Shown here piece by piece: positions 36,979 to 47,217 of a DNA stretch of 64,000 nucleotides; within the stretch, counting starts at the first letter, position 1; every line of letters begins with the position of its first letter. Below the pieces are notes generated by a model that had not been told where the DNA came from, searched no databases, and saw nothing but the letters and a program-made list of their open reading frames with translations. Source of the stretch: Candidatus Bruticola sp. GTDB lineage: Bacteria > Vulcanimicrobiota > Xenobia > Xenobiales > Xenobiaceae. Made by a program: the position numbers and the translations under genes. The DNA is taken from NCBI GenBank assembly GCA_051874735.1, contig JBJEGD010000013.1, positions 1-64,000 on the forward strand. The letters run 5' to 3'.

Positions 36979-36992
36979 AAATTACCGCGAAC

Positions 36993-37021
36993 ATTTTATT
37001 ATCGGCAGCGTATAAAGTCAA
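36993..37021 (-). promoter_or_regulatory. Sigma70-type promoter of tRNA-Arg
   Basis: TTGACT-17 nt-TAAAAT about 15 nt upstream of the tRNA. Confidence 0.7.
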
Positions 37022-37137
37022 GAGAAAGAACTTCATCCTAAGGAATAGATTTTATTTAGATCGTAATATTATTCCTTAATGAGGACAGTTCTCTGTAGGA
37101 TAACTGCTTTTTTTCGTTCTTAATTGGCGTATAGTGG

Positions 37138-38547
37138 GTGAGGTTTCTGGTGTTGAGCAATAAGTTTGGCGTACTCTCTTTAAAAAAAATTGAGTGGTCC
37201 AGCTGTCTAGTTCTGCTGCTGATTTTGGTTTTTGCTGGATTCTTGCGCGGATGGAGGCTGGGAATTCCAGATTCCCAGTATTTTGATGAATGTTACTATG
37301 TGCCAGGAGCTATGAGCTATATATATGGTACTGTCGATGAAAATTCGGTACACCCTCCTTTAGGCAAGTTGCAGATTGCCAATTTTATCCTTTTAGGCAG
37401 ATTTATAAATAGCTGCGTGCCTGTGTTCAGCGAGCAGATGCTCAGTCGGCTAGCTTCTTGGGCCTATGGGGAAGGTACAGTTTTATTGGCCTTTATGCTT
37501 AGTTTCCGTTTAAGTAGAGGCAATGTTTCTTTAGCTTCTTTGGCTGCTTTTTTTGTAGCTGTCGATTTTATGAGCATTGTGATGTCGCGCATATGCATGC
37601 TCGATATGGTACTGGCCTTCTGGATGATGCTAGGAGTTTATTGTTGCTGGATGCATATTGAGGCTCAGGTTGTGAAGTCTCCCAGGGCTTTTAGCTGGGC
37701 CGTTCTTTGCGCAATGGCGTTTGGTGTGGCTTCTGCCTGCAAATGGAATGGTATTTTTGGCGCTTTTACTTCGCTAGTACTGATGGTACTGTTGCCTGAG
37801 CTTATCTCAGTTAAAGATTTGCAGAGGGGAATGACTGAGGGGTATAGTCTAAAGACAGTCTTTTTTAAAAGCTTTGCCTCTTTAAAAAGCGTAAAAAAGC
37901 GCATACTCAAACGAACGATTATGTTAGCAGCCGTTTTCGTGGTAATTATGGCGTCTATATATACTGTTTCTTATACTCCGCAATTTATCAGAGAGGGTTT
38001 TAAACAAAAAACCTTCAGTAATATTGTAGACAATCATATGCGCATGATTAAATTTCGCTACGATGCTGAGCAGTTCACTCACCACTACTGTTCCCAATTT
38101 TGGGCCTGGCCTACTGTGATCCGTCCTGTGTGGTTCAAATTTGATGCTAGTCAAAAAATTGCCCTGGGTATTGTTTGCTTCGGTTCTATTCTGTTTTGGT
38201 GGCCTGGATTTACTTTTGTGTTGGAATTTTTCTATCTAAGTTTTAAAGATCAAAAGTGGATTTGGCTTTTTATTAGCTCTAGTTGGATCTTCCCTTGGTT
38301 GTTTTGGGCTGTGTCTACTACCGGAGGTTTTATCTATTATATGTTACCCGGTATTCCCTTGCTGAGTATAGTAATGGCGTGGGTCCTTTATGATTGGTAT
38401 ATAGAAGGTTACAAAGCTGCTGTGGCTATTTATCTGGCTGCTTTAGGATGTTCTTTGGCCTGTTACTATCCTTTTTTAACTTATTTGCCTATGAAGCGAT
38501 CGCTTTTTGCAACGTTATTTCCGGTAATTTTCACTCAGTGGCGGTAA
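37138..38547 (+). CDS. Lipid-carrier-dependent glycosyltransferase, PMT/GT39 (protein O-mannosyltransferase-like)
   Basis: YFDECYY, VHPPLGK, SRICMLD, ACKWNG, HHYCSQFWAWPTVIRP; many TM helices. Confidence 0.85.
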   Translation: MRFLVLSNKFGVLSLKKIEWSSCLVLLLILVFAGFLRGWRLGIPDSQYFDECYYVPGAMSYIYGTVDENSVHPPLGKLQIANFILLGRFINSCVPVFSEQMLSRLASWAYGEGTVLLAFMLSFRLSRGNVSLASLAAFFVAVDFMSIVMSRICMLDMVLAFWMMLGVYCCWMHIEAQVVKSPRAFSWAVLCAMAFGVASACKWNGIFGAFTSLVLMVLLPELISVKDLQRGMTEGYSLKTVFFKSFASLKSVKKRILKRTIMLAAVFVVIMASIYTVSYTPQFIREGFKQKTFSNIVDNHMRMIKFRYDAEQFTHHYCSQFWAWPTVIRPVWFKFDASQKIALGIVCFGSILFWWPGFTFVLEFFYLSFKDQKWIWLFISSSWIFPWLFWAVSTTGGFIYYMLPGIPLLSIVMAWVLYDWYIEGYKAAVAIYLAALGCSLACYYPFLTYLPMKRSLFATLFPVIFTQWR

Positions 38548-38549
38548 TT

Positions 38550-39551
38550 ATGGATGATATTTGGAATGAATTGAGAGAAGAAACTGAGCTAGAGGCTGAC
38601 GTAACTGTACATAATTGCTTTATTGAGACGCGATATCGAGGAGCGCGCTTAGACAGTGCTTTGGCTGAGCTGCTTAATATCTCTCGAGCTCAAGTGCAGA
38701 AGTTTATAAAACAGGGGCGCGTTAGCTGCAATGGACAAGTAGAAATGTCCCCTTCCTTTAAGCTTAAGGGTGGGGAAAGACTCACCGTTTACGAGCCTCC
38801 GTTGCAGCCAGCTTTACCTAAGCCCGATCCTACTGTTCCATTAAATATTATCTATGAAGACAAAGCTATTTTAGTACTTAACAAAGATAGGGGACAGGTA
38901 GTTCATCCGGGAGCAGGCATAAGCGGAGGCACTTTGGTAAACGGACTTTTAGCCCACTGTCGTGATCTTTCCGGTATAGGAGGGATAGAACGTCCTGGTA
39001 TAGTGCACCGCCTTGATAAGGATACCTCTGGCCTTTTGGTCATTTCTAAGAGTGATGCCGCTCACTTAAGCTTGTGTGAACAGTTTGCTTCCCGACAAGT
39101 AGTCAAATATTATGAGGCTATTGTTCACGGAGTCCCTAGTCCTAGAGCTGGTTTGATAGAGCAACCTATCGGGCGTCATCCAATTTCTCGCCAATGTATG
39201 GCCGTGCGGGCTGGCGGGCGTCCCTCTAAAACGGAGTACCGCACGTGTGAGGTTTTTGCCGATAAATATGCTCATTTGTCTATTCACTTATTTACCGGTC
39301 GCACTCACCAAATTCGTGTGCATTTGAGTTGGCTCGGATGCCCTTTAGTTGGCGACCTTCTGTATAAGCCTAAGGCCAATCCTTGGCAGCTGCAGGGACA
39401 AGCCCTTCATTGCTATTATTTAAGCTTTGTCCATCCTATAACTGGGGAAAAAATGGCTTTTCGGGCCGACGCTCCGCCGGTTATGCAGAATATTCTGCAA
39501 GAATTGCGCGGCCGTTACGCCAACTATCTGACTGAGTTTCATCCCTTTTGA
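38550..39551 (+). CDS. rluD: RluA/RluD-family pseudouridine synthase
   Basis: S4 RLDSALA, VVHPG, RPGIVHRLDKDTSG, TGRTHQIRVH, QALH; ATG 38550 just after the PMT stop. Confidence 0.9.
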   Translation: MDDIWNELREETELEADVTVHNCFIETRYRGARLDSALAELLNISRAQVQKFIKQGRVSCNGQVEMSPSFKLKGGERLTVYEPPLQPALPKPDPTVPLNIIYEDKAILVLNKDRGQVVHPGAGISGGTLVNGLLAHCRDLSGIGGIERPGIVHRLDKDTSGLLVISKSDAAHLSLCEQFASRQVVKYYEAIVHGVPSPRAGLIEQPIGRHPISRQCMAVRAGGRPSKTEYRTCEVFADKYAHLSIHLFTGRTHQIRVHLSWLGCPLVGDLLYKPKANPWQLQGQALHCYYLSFVHPITGEKMAFRADAPPVMQNILQELRGRYANYLTEFHPF

Positions 39552-39632
39552 ACTATAAATAAAAAAACAAACTCTTCCCTACAAAAGATGAGTCTGTTTT
39601 CCATCGCCTCTTTTTATAAACTTGAGGCCTTT

Positions 39633-40337
39633 TTACTCGGCTGGAGCTGCAGGCTGAGCTTGATTATAGCGAATATCAGCTCTTCCTTCTTTCTGGCTGT
39701 AGTTAGTTATAATTGTATATTCGTTCAAGCCAGGTTTTATAGAGAACGGAATATTGATACGCACTTCATTATTAATTTTTTGAGGGTTCACTTTAAACAC
39801 TTCGCCGTTTACGTTCACTACCAAAGTCTCGGATAGAGGTGTTCCCTCCACTCCAACTAGAAGCTTAGGATCGCCCCACATAGCACTAGCGGTGCCGTTG
39901 TACTTACCGGGGATCATGCGCAAATTAATCATTTTGGCTCCCTTTATGTCAGCTTTCAAAATGTCAGGCTGATCGCCTGAGCGCATAGGGCCTACTTTGG
40001 TAATAAGCACGTTGTCTGCCCATAATTCGAAGGTGCAGATCCGATTGTCTGGAGCATTTGAACTAAAGCCAACCCACGATTCGAACATATCGTATTTGCC
40101 ATTAACTTCAAACTGCATAATGGCAGCATCGGCGCCGCCTAAACCGGTAATGTAGCTTTCTACATCGGTGCTACCCATGGAGGCGTGTTCAATATTGCGC
40201 ATACAGTTGGCAAAATATTTTTGTCTGAGTGTAAGCAGCGGAATAGCTGCAGGATCGGCCCAGGAGGGCAGGCTTGTAGTGCACAGTAAAATAGCTATAA
40301 GAGCGCAGAGAAGACTTCCATATAGTTTTTTATTCAC
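39633..40337 (-). CDS. Secreted NPCBM/NEW2-domain protein
   Basis: Signal peptide; FEVNGKYDMFESWVG...FELWAD...ADIKGAKMINL...WGDPKL. Confidence 0.7.
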   Translation of the reverse strand: MNKKLYGSLLCALIAILLCTTSLPSWADPAAIPLLTLRQKYFANCMRNIEHASMGSTDVESYITGLGGADAAIMQFEVNGKYDMFESWVGFSSNAPDNRICTFELWADNVLITKVGPMRSGDQPDILKADIKGAKMINLRMIPGKYNGTASAMWGDPKLLVGVEGTPLSETLVVNVNGEVFKVNPQKINNEVRINIPFSIKPGLNEYTIITNYSQKEGRADIRYNQAQPAAPAE

Positions 40338-40404
40338 AATTACTCCTTCATAATGCGGAACAGATGAGCTAGCGTACGTTTACTCGTAAAAGTCGGTTGT
40401 TGCT

Positions 40405-41733
40405 TTAATTCCTGAAAGCCTGCTGTTGTTTTCTAAAATAAACAGATTCTATAGAATCTGTAGCACCGGCGCAGAAAACCAGATCGTTAATTAAATTACT
40501 AAAGCAGCGCTTTTCCTTATTGCTAAGTTCTCGGTTCCGTCCGCTCGTATAGGGACAGAGGCTATAACCTTCGCGCCCGGTTTTGCGGAAACCACCTGAG
40601 ACGCCATATAGTCTGTTGTCGGCATTGTCGTCTACTGAAGTTGCCGTCATGGCACTGCGCAAATTTATAGGCAGGCGTCCTCTAGTTTTATAAAAACCAA
40701 ATCTGGCTAAAGTAAGGTAACTATTTTCGCTTATTTGTTCAGCTAGCGCCAGGGTGATGGCGAAGCTTCTGCCTGCTTGTTTGATTAGTCCTAAGCCCAA
40801 GTAAACTTTTGCTTTAAGGTAATTCTGCTGCATGAGAGAACGCCGCCTCTCGAGTTCTACTCTGATTAAATAGGATGCTTTCAAACAGCGCAAAGCTGCT
40901 TCAAAATATTCGTCTCGCTTCAGTAGCCAACCCAAGCGGTGAGTTATTTCCGCTTGTTTTTTATAATCTTTGAGACTATGATAAGCTCCCAGGGCCTTAG
41001 AGTAAAGCTCCTGAGTCTCTCTGGAATTAGCTAAATATTCGCTGTTGTTGGCCAGTTGCAATAGAGTTTTGGCCATAATTTCTTTATCTGATATGGTGTC
41101 AAAATCTGTCAGCAGAGAGAAACAGAGGCGGTTAGAGTCCAAGCAATGTCCTTGGTCGTACAGCAACGAGGCCTCATTGAATATAGCTGCTCTAATGTTG
41201 TGCTGATCATGTTGCGACTGGAATGTCTTGCGGGCTTTTTTAGTAAAACGCAAAGCTTGATGATGTAGCCCAGCGTTGGCATAAGCTAAAGCGGCATCAA
41301 GGCAGAGAGCTCCTAACTCACTAGTCAGATCGGCTCTACAGACTGAATCGTCATTTGTCGCGGTGCTTCGACTGTTAGCTTTAATCTGATTTTCTAATTT
41401 TAAGCAATTTTTTTTAAGTTTGTCGGCACTTTGCAAGTACATACCTTGAGCTTCTAGCCACTTGCAGCGTCGGCGCAAAAATTTTTTCGCATACAGATCG
41501 TATTTATTACCGATAGGAGAAATACGTTTTAAAGCGTGGGCGAGCCGCTTTCCTAGATGCATAAGCAGGTCTGCCTCTTTAAAACAGCAGTCAGCAATGT
41601 GAATATCTACGTGGCAGAGCAGCTCCTCCAAGCAGTCAATTAGCTGGTCTGAATGGAGCTTTTTTATTTTACGTCTCAGCATATATGTATTTGTCAAATT
41701 AGCGGCTAAAACGCGCAGAATTTGTTCAATCAT
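40405..41733 (-). CDS. Tetratricopeptide-repeat protein
   Basis: Repeated TPR-like helical pairs (AKTLLQLANNS...YSKALGAY; AEITHRLGWL...AALRCLKASY). Confidence 0.65.
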   Translation of the reverse strand: MIEQILRVLAANLTNTYMLRRKIKKLHSDQLIDCLEELLCHVDIHIADCCFKEADLLMHLGKRLAHALKRISPIGNKYDLYAKKFLRRRCKWLEAQGMYLQSADKLKKNCLKLENQIKANSRSTATNDDSVCRADLTSELGALCLDAALAYANAGLHHQALRFTKKARKTFQSQHDQHNIRAAIFNEASLLYDQGHCLDSNRLCFSLLTDFDTISDKEIMAKTLLQLANNSEYLANSRETQELYSKALGAYHSLKDYKKQAEITHRLGWLLKRDEYFEAALRCLKASYLIRVELERRRSLMQQNYLKAKVYLGLGLIKQAGRSFAITLALAEQISENSYLTLARFGFYKTRGRLPINLRSAMTATSVDDNADNRLYGVSGGFRKTGREGYSLCPYTSGRNRELSNKEKRCFSNLINDLVFCAGATDSIESVYFRKQQQAFRN

Positions 41734-41966
41734 TTCTTTTGCTTCAGCCTCCCATTAGAAGACGGCAAGATTATATCATAAAGAAAAAGAGGAGGAAAAC
41801 TTTTTATATATTAGAATTGTGAAGAGTTTTTTTGCACGTATTGGGGGCTATTTTTTAGAAAATTATACTAGGCCTGGCGCCTTTTAAATATTTAGATCTC
41901 AGCACAAGATCTTTATTATTTTTAAAAGTCGAGGCAAAATGTCGCAATGGTAAGAGGGATGATATC

Positions 41967-43244
41967 GTGAACCAGACAAAAGTTCTCATAAACCTGGTCC
42001 TTATCTTTTTGATTACGGCAGCAATTCTATACGGCTTCTTCGGTGTCTCAGAAGAAAATCGTTTGAAGCTTAAGTTAGGTCTCGATCTCAGAAGCGGTAC
42101 GCATATTGCTTTGCAGCTTAAAGAGGTTGAAGATCCCGTTACTCATGAAGTTCAAAAAATCGATCAGGCAACCTTAAATCGCAGTATTCAAGTTTTTACT
42201 AAGCGCTTGAACGCGATTGGCACTTCTGAAATTTTGATCGCCCCGGCCGGCAAAGATCGTATTATCATTGAAATTCCTGAAATGACCGATCTGGAAAAAG
42301 CAAAAAATATGGTTAAAAAAGCTGGCCGCTTGGAATTTAAAGAAAAAGTTTTTGACCCTACTACTCAGTCCGCTCAGTATAGAACCGTTATGGACGGTCG
42401 TTATCTTACTAAAGCCAGCGTAGGGCGTTCTGGTGTGGGTGATGATGCTTGGTGTGTAGAATTCCAACTCAACAGAGAAGGCAGTCGTCTTTTCGGAGAT
42501 ATTACGAGCCGTATGAAGGGTAAACCGTTAGGTATTTTCTTCGATGGTGTTATGCACAGCGAGCCTGTAGTTCAAAATGCTATTACTGGAGGAAGCGGTC
42601 AGATTACCGGCAGCTTTACTCTAGAAGAAGCTAATGAACTTTGCAATATCCTCAATTCTGGTGCTTTGACCGTTGATGTACAAATTTTAGAGGCTTACAC
42701 TGTCAGTCCTACTTTGGGCGAGCAGTCTTTAAAGAGCTCTTTGACGGCTGGTTTAATCGGTTTAGCTGCAGTTATGCTCTATATGATAGGTTACTATCGT
42801 TTACCCGGTTTAGTGGCTTCCGTAGCTCTAGTCATTTATGCAGTTTGGGTCGTCGGTTCCATGGTCATTCCAGGTTTGGAATTTGTGCTTACCTTGCCCG
42901 GTATTGCTGGTGTTGTTTTATCTATTGGTATGGCTGTAGACGCCAACGTTCTGCAGTTTGAGCGAATTAAAGAAGAACTGTGGAACGGACGCTCGGTCAG
43001 ATCGTCCTTAGATGCGGGCTTTGAGCGCGCTTTCTCCTCAATTATTGACGGTCACGTTAGCACTTTCTTGGGAGCCCTGATTCTGTTCTGGTTCGGTGCT
43101 TCTAGTGTTAAGGGGTTTGGCGTTACGTTGATGATTGGTACCGCCTTGAGTTTAATTACTGCTATTTGGGTAACCCGTCAGTTACTCCATTTCGCTACTG
43201 ATTTCCTCAAGATCGATTCTAACAGAAAATTGTATGGTGAATAA
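41967..43244 (+). CDS. secD: Protein translocase subunit SecD
   Basis: LKLGLDLRSG, VSPTLG, LTLPGIAG, IGMAVDANV, FERIKEE, VKGFG. Confidence 0.95.
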   Translation: MNQTKVLINLVLIFLITAAILYGFFGVSEENRLKLKLGLDLRSGTHIALQLKEVEDPVTHEVQKIDQATLNRSIQVFTKRLNAIGTSEILIAPAGKDRIIIEIPEMTDLEKAKNMVKKAGRLEFKEKVFDPTTQSAQYRTVMDGRYLTKASVGRSGVGDDAWCVEFQLNREGSRLFGDITSRMKGKPLGIFFDGVMHSEPVVQNAITGGSGQITGSFTLEEANELCNILNSGALTVDVQILEAYTVSPTLGEQSLKSSLTAGLIGLAAVMLYMIGYYRLPGLVASVALVIYAVWVVGSMVIPGLEFVLTLPGIAGVVLSIGMAVDANVLQFERIKEELWNGRSVRSSLDAGFERAFSSIIDGHVSTFLGALILFWFGASSVKGFGVTLMIGTALSLITAIWVTRQLLHFATDFLKIDSNRKLYGE

Positions 43245-43256
43245 GGAGATAGAACA

Positions 43257-44507
43257 GTGGGTGCATTAAACGTAACTACATCAGATGTAATTTCCTTAGC
43301 CATATGGTGTGCAATTTTAGTTATCACGATCATTTGGGGACAGAGCTTCAGAAGGCATACCCGCAATATTATCGGCCATCGCAAATATTATTACATCACC
43401 AGTGTTGTAGTGCTGGTATTCTGTTTTGTCGGTATTTTCGGTAAAAAACTGAATTTTGGCCTAGACTTTACTGGCGGTACTATTCTCGAATTAGGCGCTC
43501 CCAAAATTGTGGAAATGGCGCCTGACAAAATTGCTGATATAGTAAAAGCCCAGCATCCTGGTTACGATGTCACCGTTCAAGTAGGCAATGGTTTAACTAC
43601 ATCCGGCGATGGAAAGAGCTATCAGAAAATTCTGGTGCGCGTGCGCAGTGATGCTAGTACTGAGGAGATGGGACTTTCCTCCGAGCAGGCGGTTGAAGTG
43701 CGTGCTGAGCTGGAAAAAGGTATCAATGTCGGCCCTCTGGAGAATATATCCGAAACTACTATCGGTCCTACTATCTCTTCTGAGCTGAAAAGCGGCGCTT
43801 TTAAGGCCCTTTTTATCGCCTGCCTTCTGCAGCTTATTTATATTACTTTCCGCTTCGGCAATCAGCTGCGTTTCGGTTTTTCTGCGGTAGTAGCCGTAAT
43901 CCATGACGCTATAGTTATGGTCGGTTTTTATGCCTGGGCTGGTTTGCCAGTGGACTCCAGTTTTGTGGCTGCTTTGCTGACAATTACCAGTTATTCTCTC
44001 ATGGATACGGTTGTGGTCTTCGACCGTATTCGCGAACATCAGCATAACGAAGTAAATTCCAGCTTTGAAGAGCTTACCAACCGTTCTGTTTGTGAAACGA
44101 TGGTTCGTTCCATCAATACCTCTTTAACGACAATTGTAGTCTGCATCTGCCTCTATTTTATGGGTGGTGAGAGCTTGAAGGGGTTCGCTTATGCTCTGTT
44201 GGTCGGTGTTATCACAGGTGCTTACTCTTCTATTTTCCTGTCCGCTCCTCTGATTGTAGACTGCAACGATTATGCTAACAAGCGTGATTTACTGCGTCAG
44301 GATGAGCTTCGCAAGGAAGCAGAAGAAAAAGCTAAGAGTCAGAGTAATGTGAAAAGTTCCGGCCGCCGTCCTGTGGCCAGACCCCGTCCCGTTGCTCCTG
44401 CTCCTGCCGCTGAAAGTGAGGGCAGCGTTCCTGATACACCTGCTGGCCCAGTTACCTACGCTTCGGCTCGGCCGCGCCGCCGCGTCAAGGGTATGAGAAA
44501 AAAATAA
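43257..44507 (+). CDS. secF: Protein translocase subunit SecF (extra N-terminal TM, basic C-terminal tail)
   Basis: LNFGLDFTGG, IGPTIS, HD, YSLMDTVVVFDRIRE, RSINTS, GAYSSIF. Confidence 0.95.
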   Translation: MGALNVTTSDVISLAIWCAILVITIIWGQSFRRHTRNIIGHRKYYYITSVVVLVFCFVGIFGKKLNFGLDFTGGTILELGAPKIVEMAPDKIADIVKAQHPGYDVTVQVGNGLTTSGDGKSYQKILVRVRSDASTEEMGLSSEQAVEVRAELEKGINVGPLENISETTIGPTISSELKSGAFKALFIACLLQLIYITFRFGNQLRFGFSAVVAVIHDAIVMVGFYAWAGLPVDSSFVAALLTITSYSLMDTVVVFDRIREHQHNEVNSSFEELTNRSVCETMVRSINTSLTTIVVCICLYFMGGESLKGFAYALLVGVITGAYSSIFLSAPLIVDCNDYANKRDLLRQDELRKEAEEKAKSQSNVKSSGRRPVARPRPVAPAPAAESEGSVPDTPAGPVTYASARPRRRVKGMRKK

Positions 44508-44549
44508 ACTTAAAACGAAACTCTCTGCAGACGTTTTAAGAGAATGCTG

Positions 44550-44604
44550 ATAACTCTGCTTTTAAGTAGCATTTGTTGCTGGCTTGAAAGTAGAGTTATT
44601 TTTT
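44550..44604 (+). terminator. Intrinsic terminator after secF
   Basis: ATAACTCTGCTTTTAAG...CTTGAAAGTAGAGTTAT followed by a T run. Confidence 0.65.
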
Positions 44605-44747
44605 GGGGAAATTATTTCCATATATTATATAGTTTATCTGCTGTTTCTTTCGAGAGGATTGCGAGTCTACATGATTCTGTGGCAGGAATAAGAACACAGA
44701 TGCATAAATTAGGAAACCCCGCTAGGTGGGTGAGAAAGGCGGCTTGT

Positions 44748-45074
44748 GTGTCGGAGTCTATGTTAACTAATGAAGGGGTGGAAATTTTCACCTGGGAACA
44801 CTGCCCCTATTGTCAGCGTGCTAAACATATCTTAGAAGGTGATCCTAACGAAGGGGCTCTTAACGAGGGGGAGTACATAGAATACAAAGAATACAAAATT
44901 GATGGTTCTGCGGAAAAGCGGGCTTATATGGCCCAGTGCTGCGAGGGGAATATGACGGTCCCTCAAATATTTGTTGATGGTAATTATATAGGCGGATGCT
45001 TCAATTTAGTAGCTTTGATTCTAAATAACGAGTTTAGGCAAGTTTTTGCTAAGTATATCAAAAATAGAAATTAA
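44748..45074 (+). CDS. Glutaredoxin (GrxC-like)
   Basis: CPYC, TVPQIF, IGG; likely start GTG 44748 or ATG 44760. Confidence 0.85.
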   Translation: MSESMLTNEGVEIFTWEHCPYCQRAKHILEGDPNEGALNEGEYIEYKEYKIDGSAEKRAYMAQCCEGNMTVPQIFVDGNYIGGCFNLVALILNNEFRQVFAKYIKNRN

Positions 45075-45160
45075 GGTTTAAGAGGTAAAACTCTTGAACC
45101 TTTTTTGTGCTGTCCAGCGTTTTTCTCTGTTGATCCGGCAGCATAAGGAGGTTGCTTACA

Positions 45161-45793
45161 GTGTCTGTTAATATCTTAGAACACCCTCTTATTCAGCACA
45201 AAATCACTTTGCTGAGAGATCGGCGCACCGGTTCTAAAGATTTTCGCGATTTAGTTTCGGAAATTGCCGCCTTGATGGCTTATGAGGCCTGTCGTGATCT
45301 TCATGTTGAGGATATTAAGGTAGAGACTCCTATCACTTCCACTATAGGTAAAACTTTAGGCGGTAAAAAACTAGCTTTAGTCCCTATTTTAAGAGCCGGA
45401 TTAGGAATGGTATCTGGTATAGAGAGGCTTATTCCTGCAGCCAGAATCGGCCATATAGGTATGTATCGCAATGAAAAAACGCTGGAACCTATAGAATATT
45501 TCTGTAAAATGCCGGCCGATTTATCGGAACGCGAAATTTTGCTTTTAGATCCTATGTTAGCCACTGGAGGATCAGCTATTGCGGCTATAGGGGCTTTGCT
45601 CAAACGCGGAGCTAATATTAAATCGATAAAATTTCTATGTTTAGTGGCTGCTCCTGAAGGTATTAAAAATTTAACAGAAGCTTATCCTCAGCTTTGTATC
45701 TATACGGCTGCTGTAGATCAGCATCTCAATGAGAATGGATATATAGTCCCTGGTTTAGGTGATGCTGGGGATCGTATCTTCGGAACAATATAA
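45161..45793 (+). CDS. upp: Uracil phosphoribosyltransferase
   Basis: [41 protein letters not shown]; GTG start after AAGGAGG. Confidence 0.97.
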   Translation: MSVNILEHPLIQHKITLLRDRRTGSKDFRDLVSEIAALMAYEACRDLHVEDIKVETPITSTIGKTLGGKKLALVPILRAGLGMVSGIERLIPAARIGHIGMYRNEKTLEPIEYFCKMPADLSEREILLLDPMLATGGSAIAAIGALLKRGANIKSIKFLCLVAAPEGIKNLTEAYPQLCIYTAAVDQHLNENGYIVPGLGDAGDRIFGTI

Positions 45794-45833
45794 TACGTAT
45801 TTCAATTTTATATTCTCCCTAATTTTTATCAGC

Positions 45834-45875
45834 GGAGGGAGCATAGCTACTGTAATGCTGTGTCCCTCCTTTTTT
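45834..45875 (+). terminator. Intrinsic terminator after upp
   Basis: GGAGGGA...TCCCTCC followed by T6. Confidence 0.7.
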
Positions 45876-45901
45876 GTTTTTTTTATGAAAGGAATTAATT
45901 A

Positions 45902-46429
45902 ATGGCTAAGTTCGCCGAAGTAGTCGGGGCTTTGCGCCTAGCTGTAATTGTACTGCTAGTTTGGGCTGTCTCTATACCCGCTTTTGCTTGGAAAAGTTCA
46001 AGATTGGGCGTCGCATTTGTACCGCCTGCTAGTTGGAAGCAAGTTAGCCAAGCTGAAAATTCGGTCACTTTTATTGCCCCTGAAGAGGAAGGATACCGCT
46101 GTGTAATTTATATGAAGGTGGCTGAATTGGATGAGGCGGAAACTGAAGGGCGTCTTTCTGATGAGCTGTCTGAAAAGTACATGGCCCATTTGCAGCAGCG
46201 TTTTACCCATTTTAAACGTATAGGTGAAGCTGACGTCCAGATTAATGGTCACTGGATGCACCGATTAACTTTTAGAGCTCAGGAAGGCGATCACCATATG
46301 CAGATGACTAGCGTTCTATGCCTTAAAGGACGCCGCGCTTACAGTTTCGCTTATGTGAGTAAACCTGTCAATTATAGCAAGTATATAAAAGCTTTTGATA
46401 AAATGCTAAAGACGGTTCGCTTTATTTAA
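45902..46429 (+). CDS. Secreted PsbP/DcrB(Mog1p)-like protein
   Basis: Signal peptide ending AFA; FVPPASW, INGHW, YSFAY, AFDKMLKTVRF. Confidence 0.65.
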   Translation: MAKFAEVVGALRLAVIVLLVWAVSIPAFAWKSSRLGVAFVPPASWKQVSQAENSVTFIAPEEEGYRCVIYMKVAELDEAETEGRLSDELSEKYMAHLQQRFTHFKRIGEADVQINGHWMHRLTFRAQEGDHHMQMTSVLCLKGRRAYSFAYVSKPVNYSKYIKAFDKMLKTVRFI

Positions 46430-46636
46430 AATTTTGAGGGGCGGCTCAGATGCTGTTGATAGTTAGTTACTTTAAACTGATTAATTCTGGAATATTTTAG
46501 CTTAAAAATTTTATATAAGCGGATATTTTTATTTAAGTTAGTAAATTTTTAGGGGAAATAGGATATTGATGGCAAAGAATCTACCAATTTAGTTATAAAG
46601 AACTACGATAGCTGCCTGCTTTGAGGAGAAACTTTT

Positions 46637-47152
46637 ATGTATAAAATGCTGCAAACGCGCCTAACAGCTTGTTTTATTGTCTGCTTATTTTTGTTTTTAA
46701 GCAACAGAGTTTGGGCGTTAGATATTCCTGACTCTAATATTTCATTTACTCCGCCTTCAGGATGGAGCTCTGAAGTTAGAGTTATGAGCAATTCAACTGC
46801 TTTATTGCTTAGAGCCGCCGATGGCAGCAACACCGGTATGGAAGTCAGCGCGAAATACGTGGGAAAAAATTTTGATGAGGCCTCGCTTGATTTGGCGGCT
46901 AATCAAACTTTAGAGCTTATTAAAACTGCAACTTCTGGAGCTCAAGTAGTTAGCCGGTCTTCTGAGCCTATAAACGGTTTTAAAGCCCGCCGCTATACTT
47001 TAAAAATGGGCAATCTCCAAATGAGTCAGGCAATGATTTGGATGAACGATTCTATTGTGATATTTAATTATCACGCCAACAGTTTAGCTGATTTTAATAA
47101 GCATGTTGGCAGCTTCAATTTTGCCGTACAGAGTGTAAAGCGCAAAAATTAG
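46637..47152 (+). CDS. Secreted PsbP/DcrB(Mog1p)-like protein
   Basis: Signal peptide ending VWA; SFTPPSGW, INGFKA, FNFAVQSVK. Confidence 0.65.
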   Translation: MYKMLQTRLTACFIVCLFLFLSNRVWALDIPDSNISFTPPSGWSSEVRVMSNSTALLLRAADGSNTGMEVSAKYVGKNFDEASLDLAANQTLELIKTATSGAQVVSRSSEPINGFKARRYTLKMGNLQMSQAMIWMNDSIVIFNYHANSLADFNKHVGSFNFAVQSVKRKN

Positions 47153-47191
47153 CTGTTTTTTGCCTGTTGAGTTTATTGGGGAAAAGGAGAG

Positions 47192-47217
47192 AGCGCCTCT
47201 TGTGAGGCGCTTTTTTT
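47192..47217 (+). terminator. Intrinsic terminator
   Basis: AGCGCCTC-TTGT-GAGGCGCT followed by a T run. Confidence 0.8.

Noticed and set aside
43593-44045. 150-aa minus-strand ORF, and similar short antisense ORFs within gltX, clpB, pccB, moxR and fabG
   Set aside because: Entirely antisense to well-supported conserved genes; expected from codon bias
44544-44747. N-terminal extension of the glutaredoxin in the ORF track (also 38394-38549 for rluD and 51980-52147 for yceD)
   Set aside because: These extensions overlap terminators, promoters or upstream genes; downstream starts fit family length
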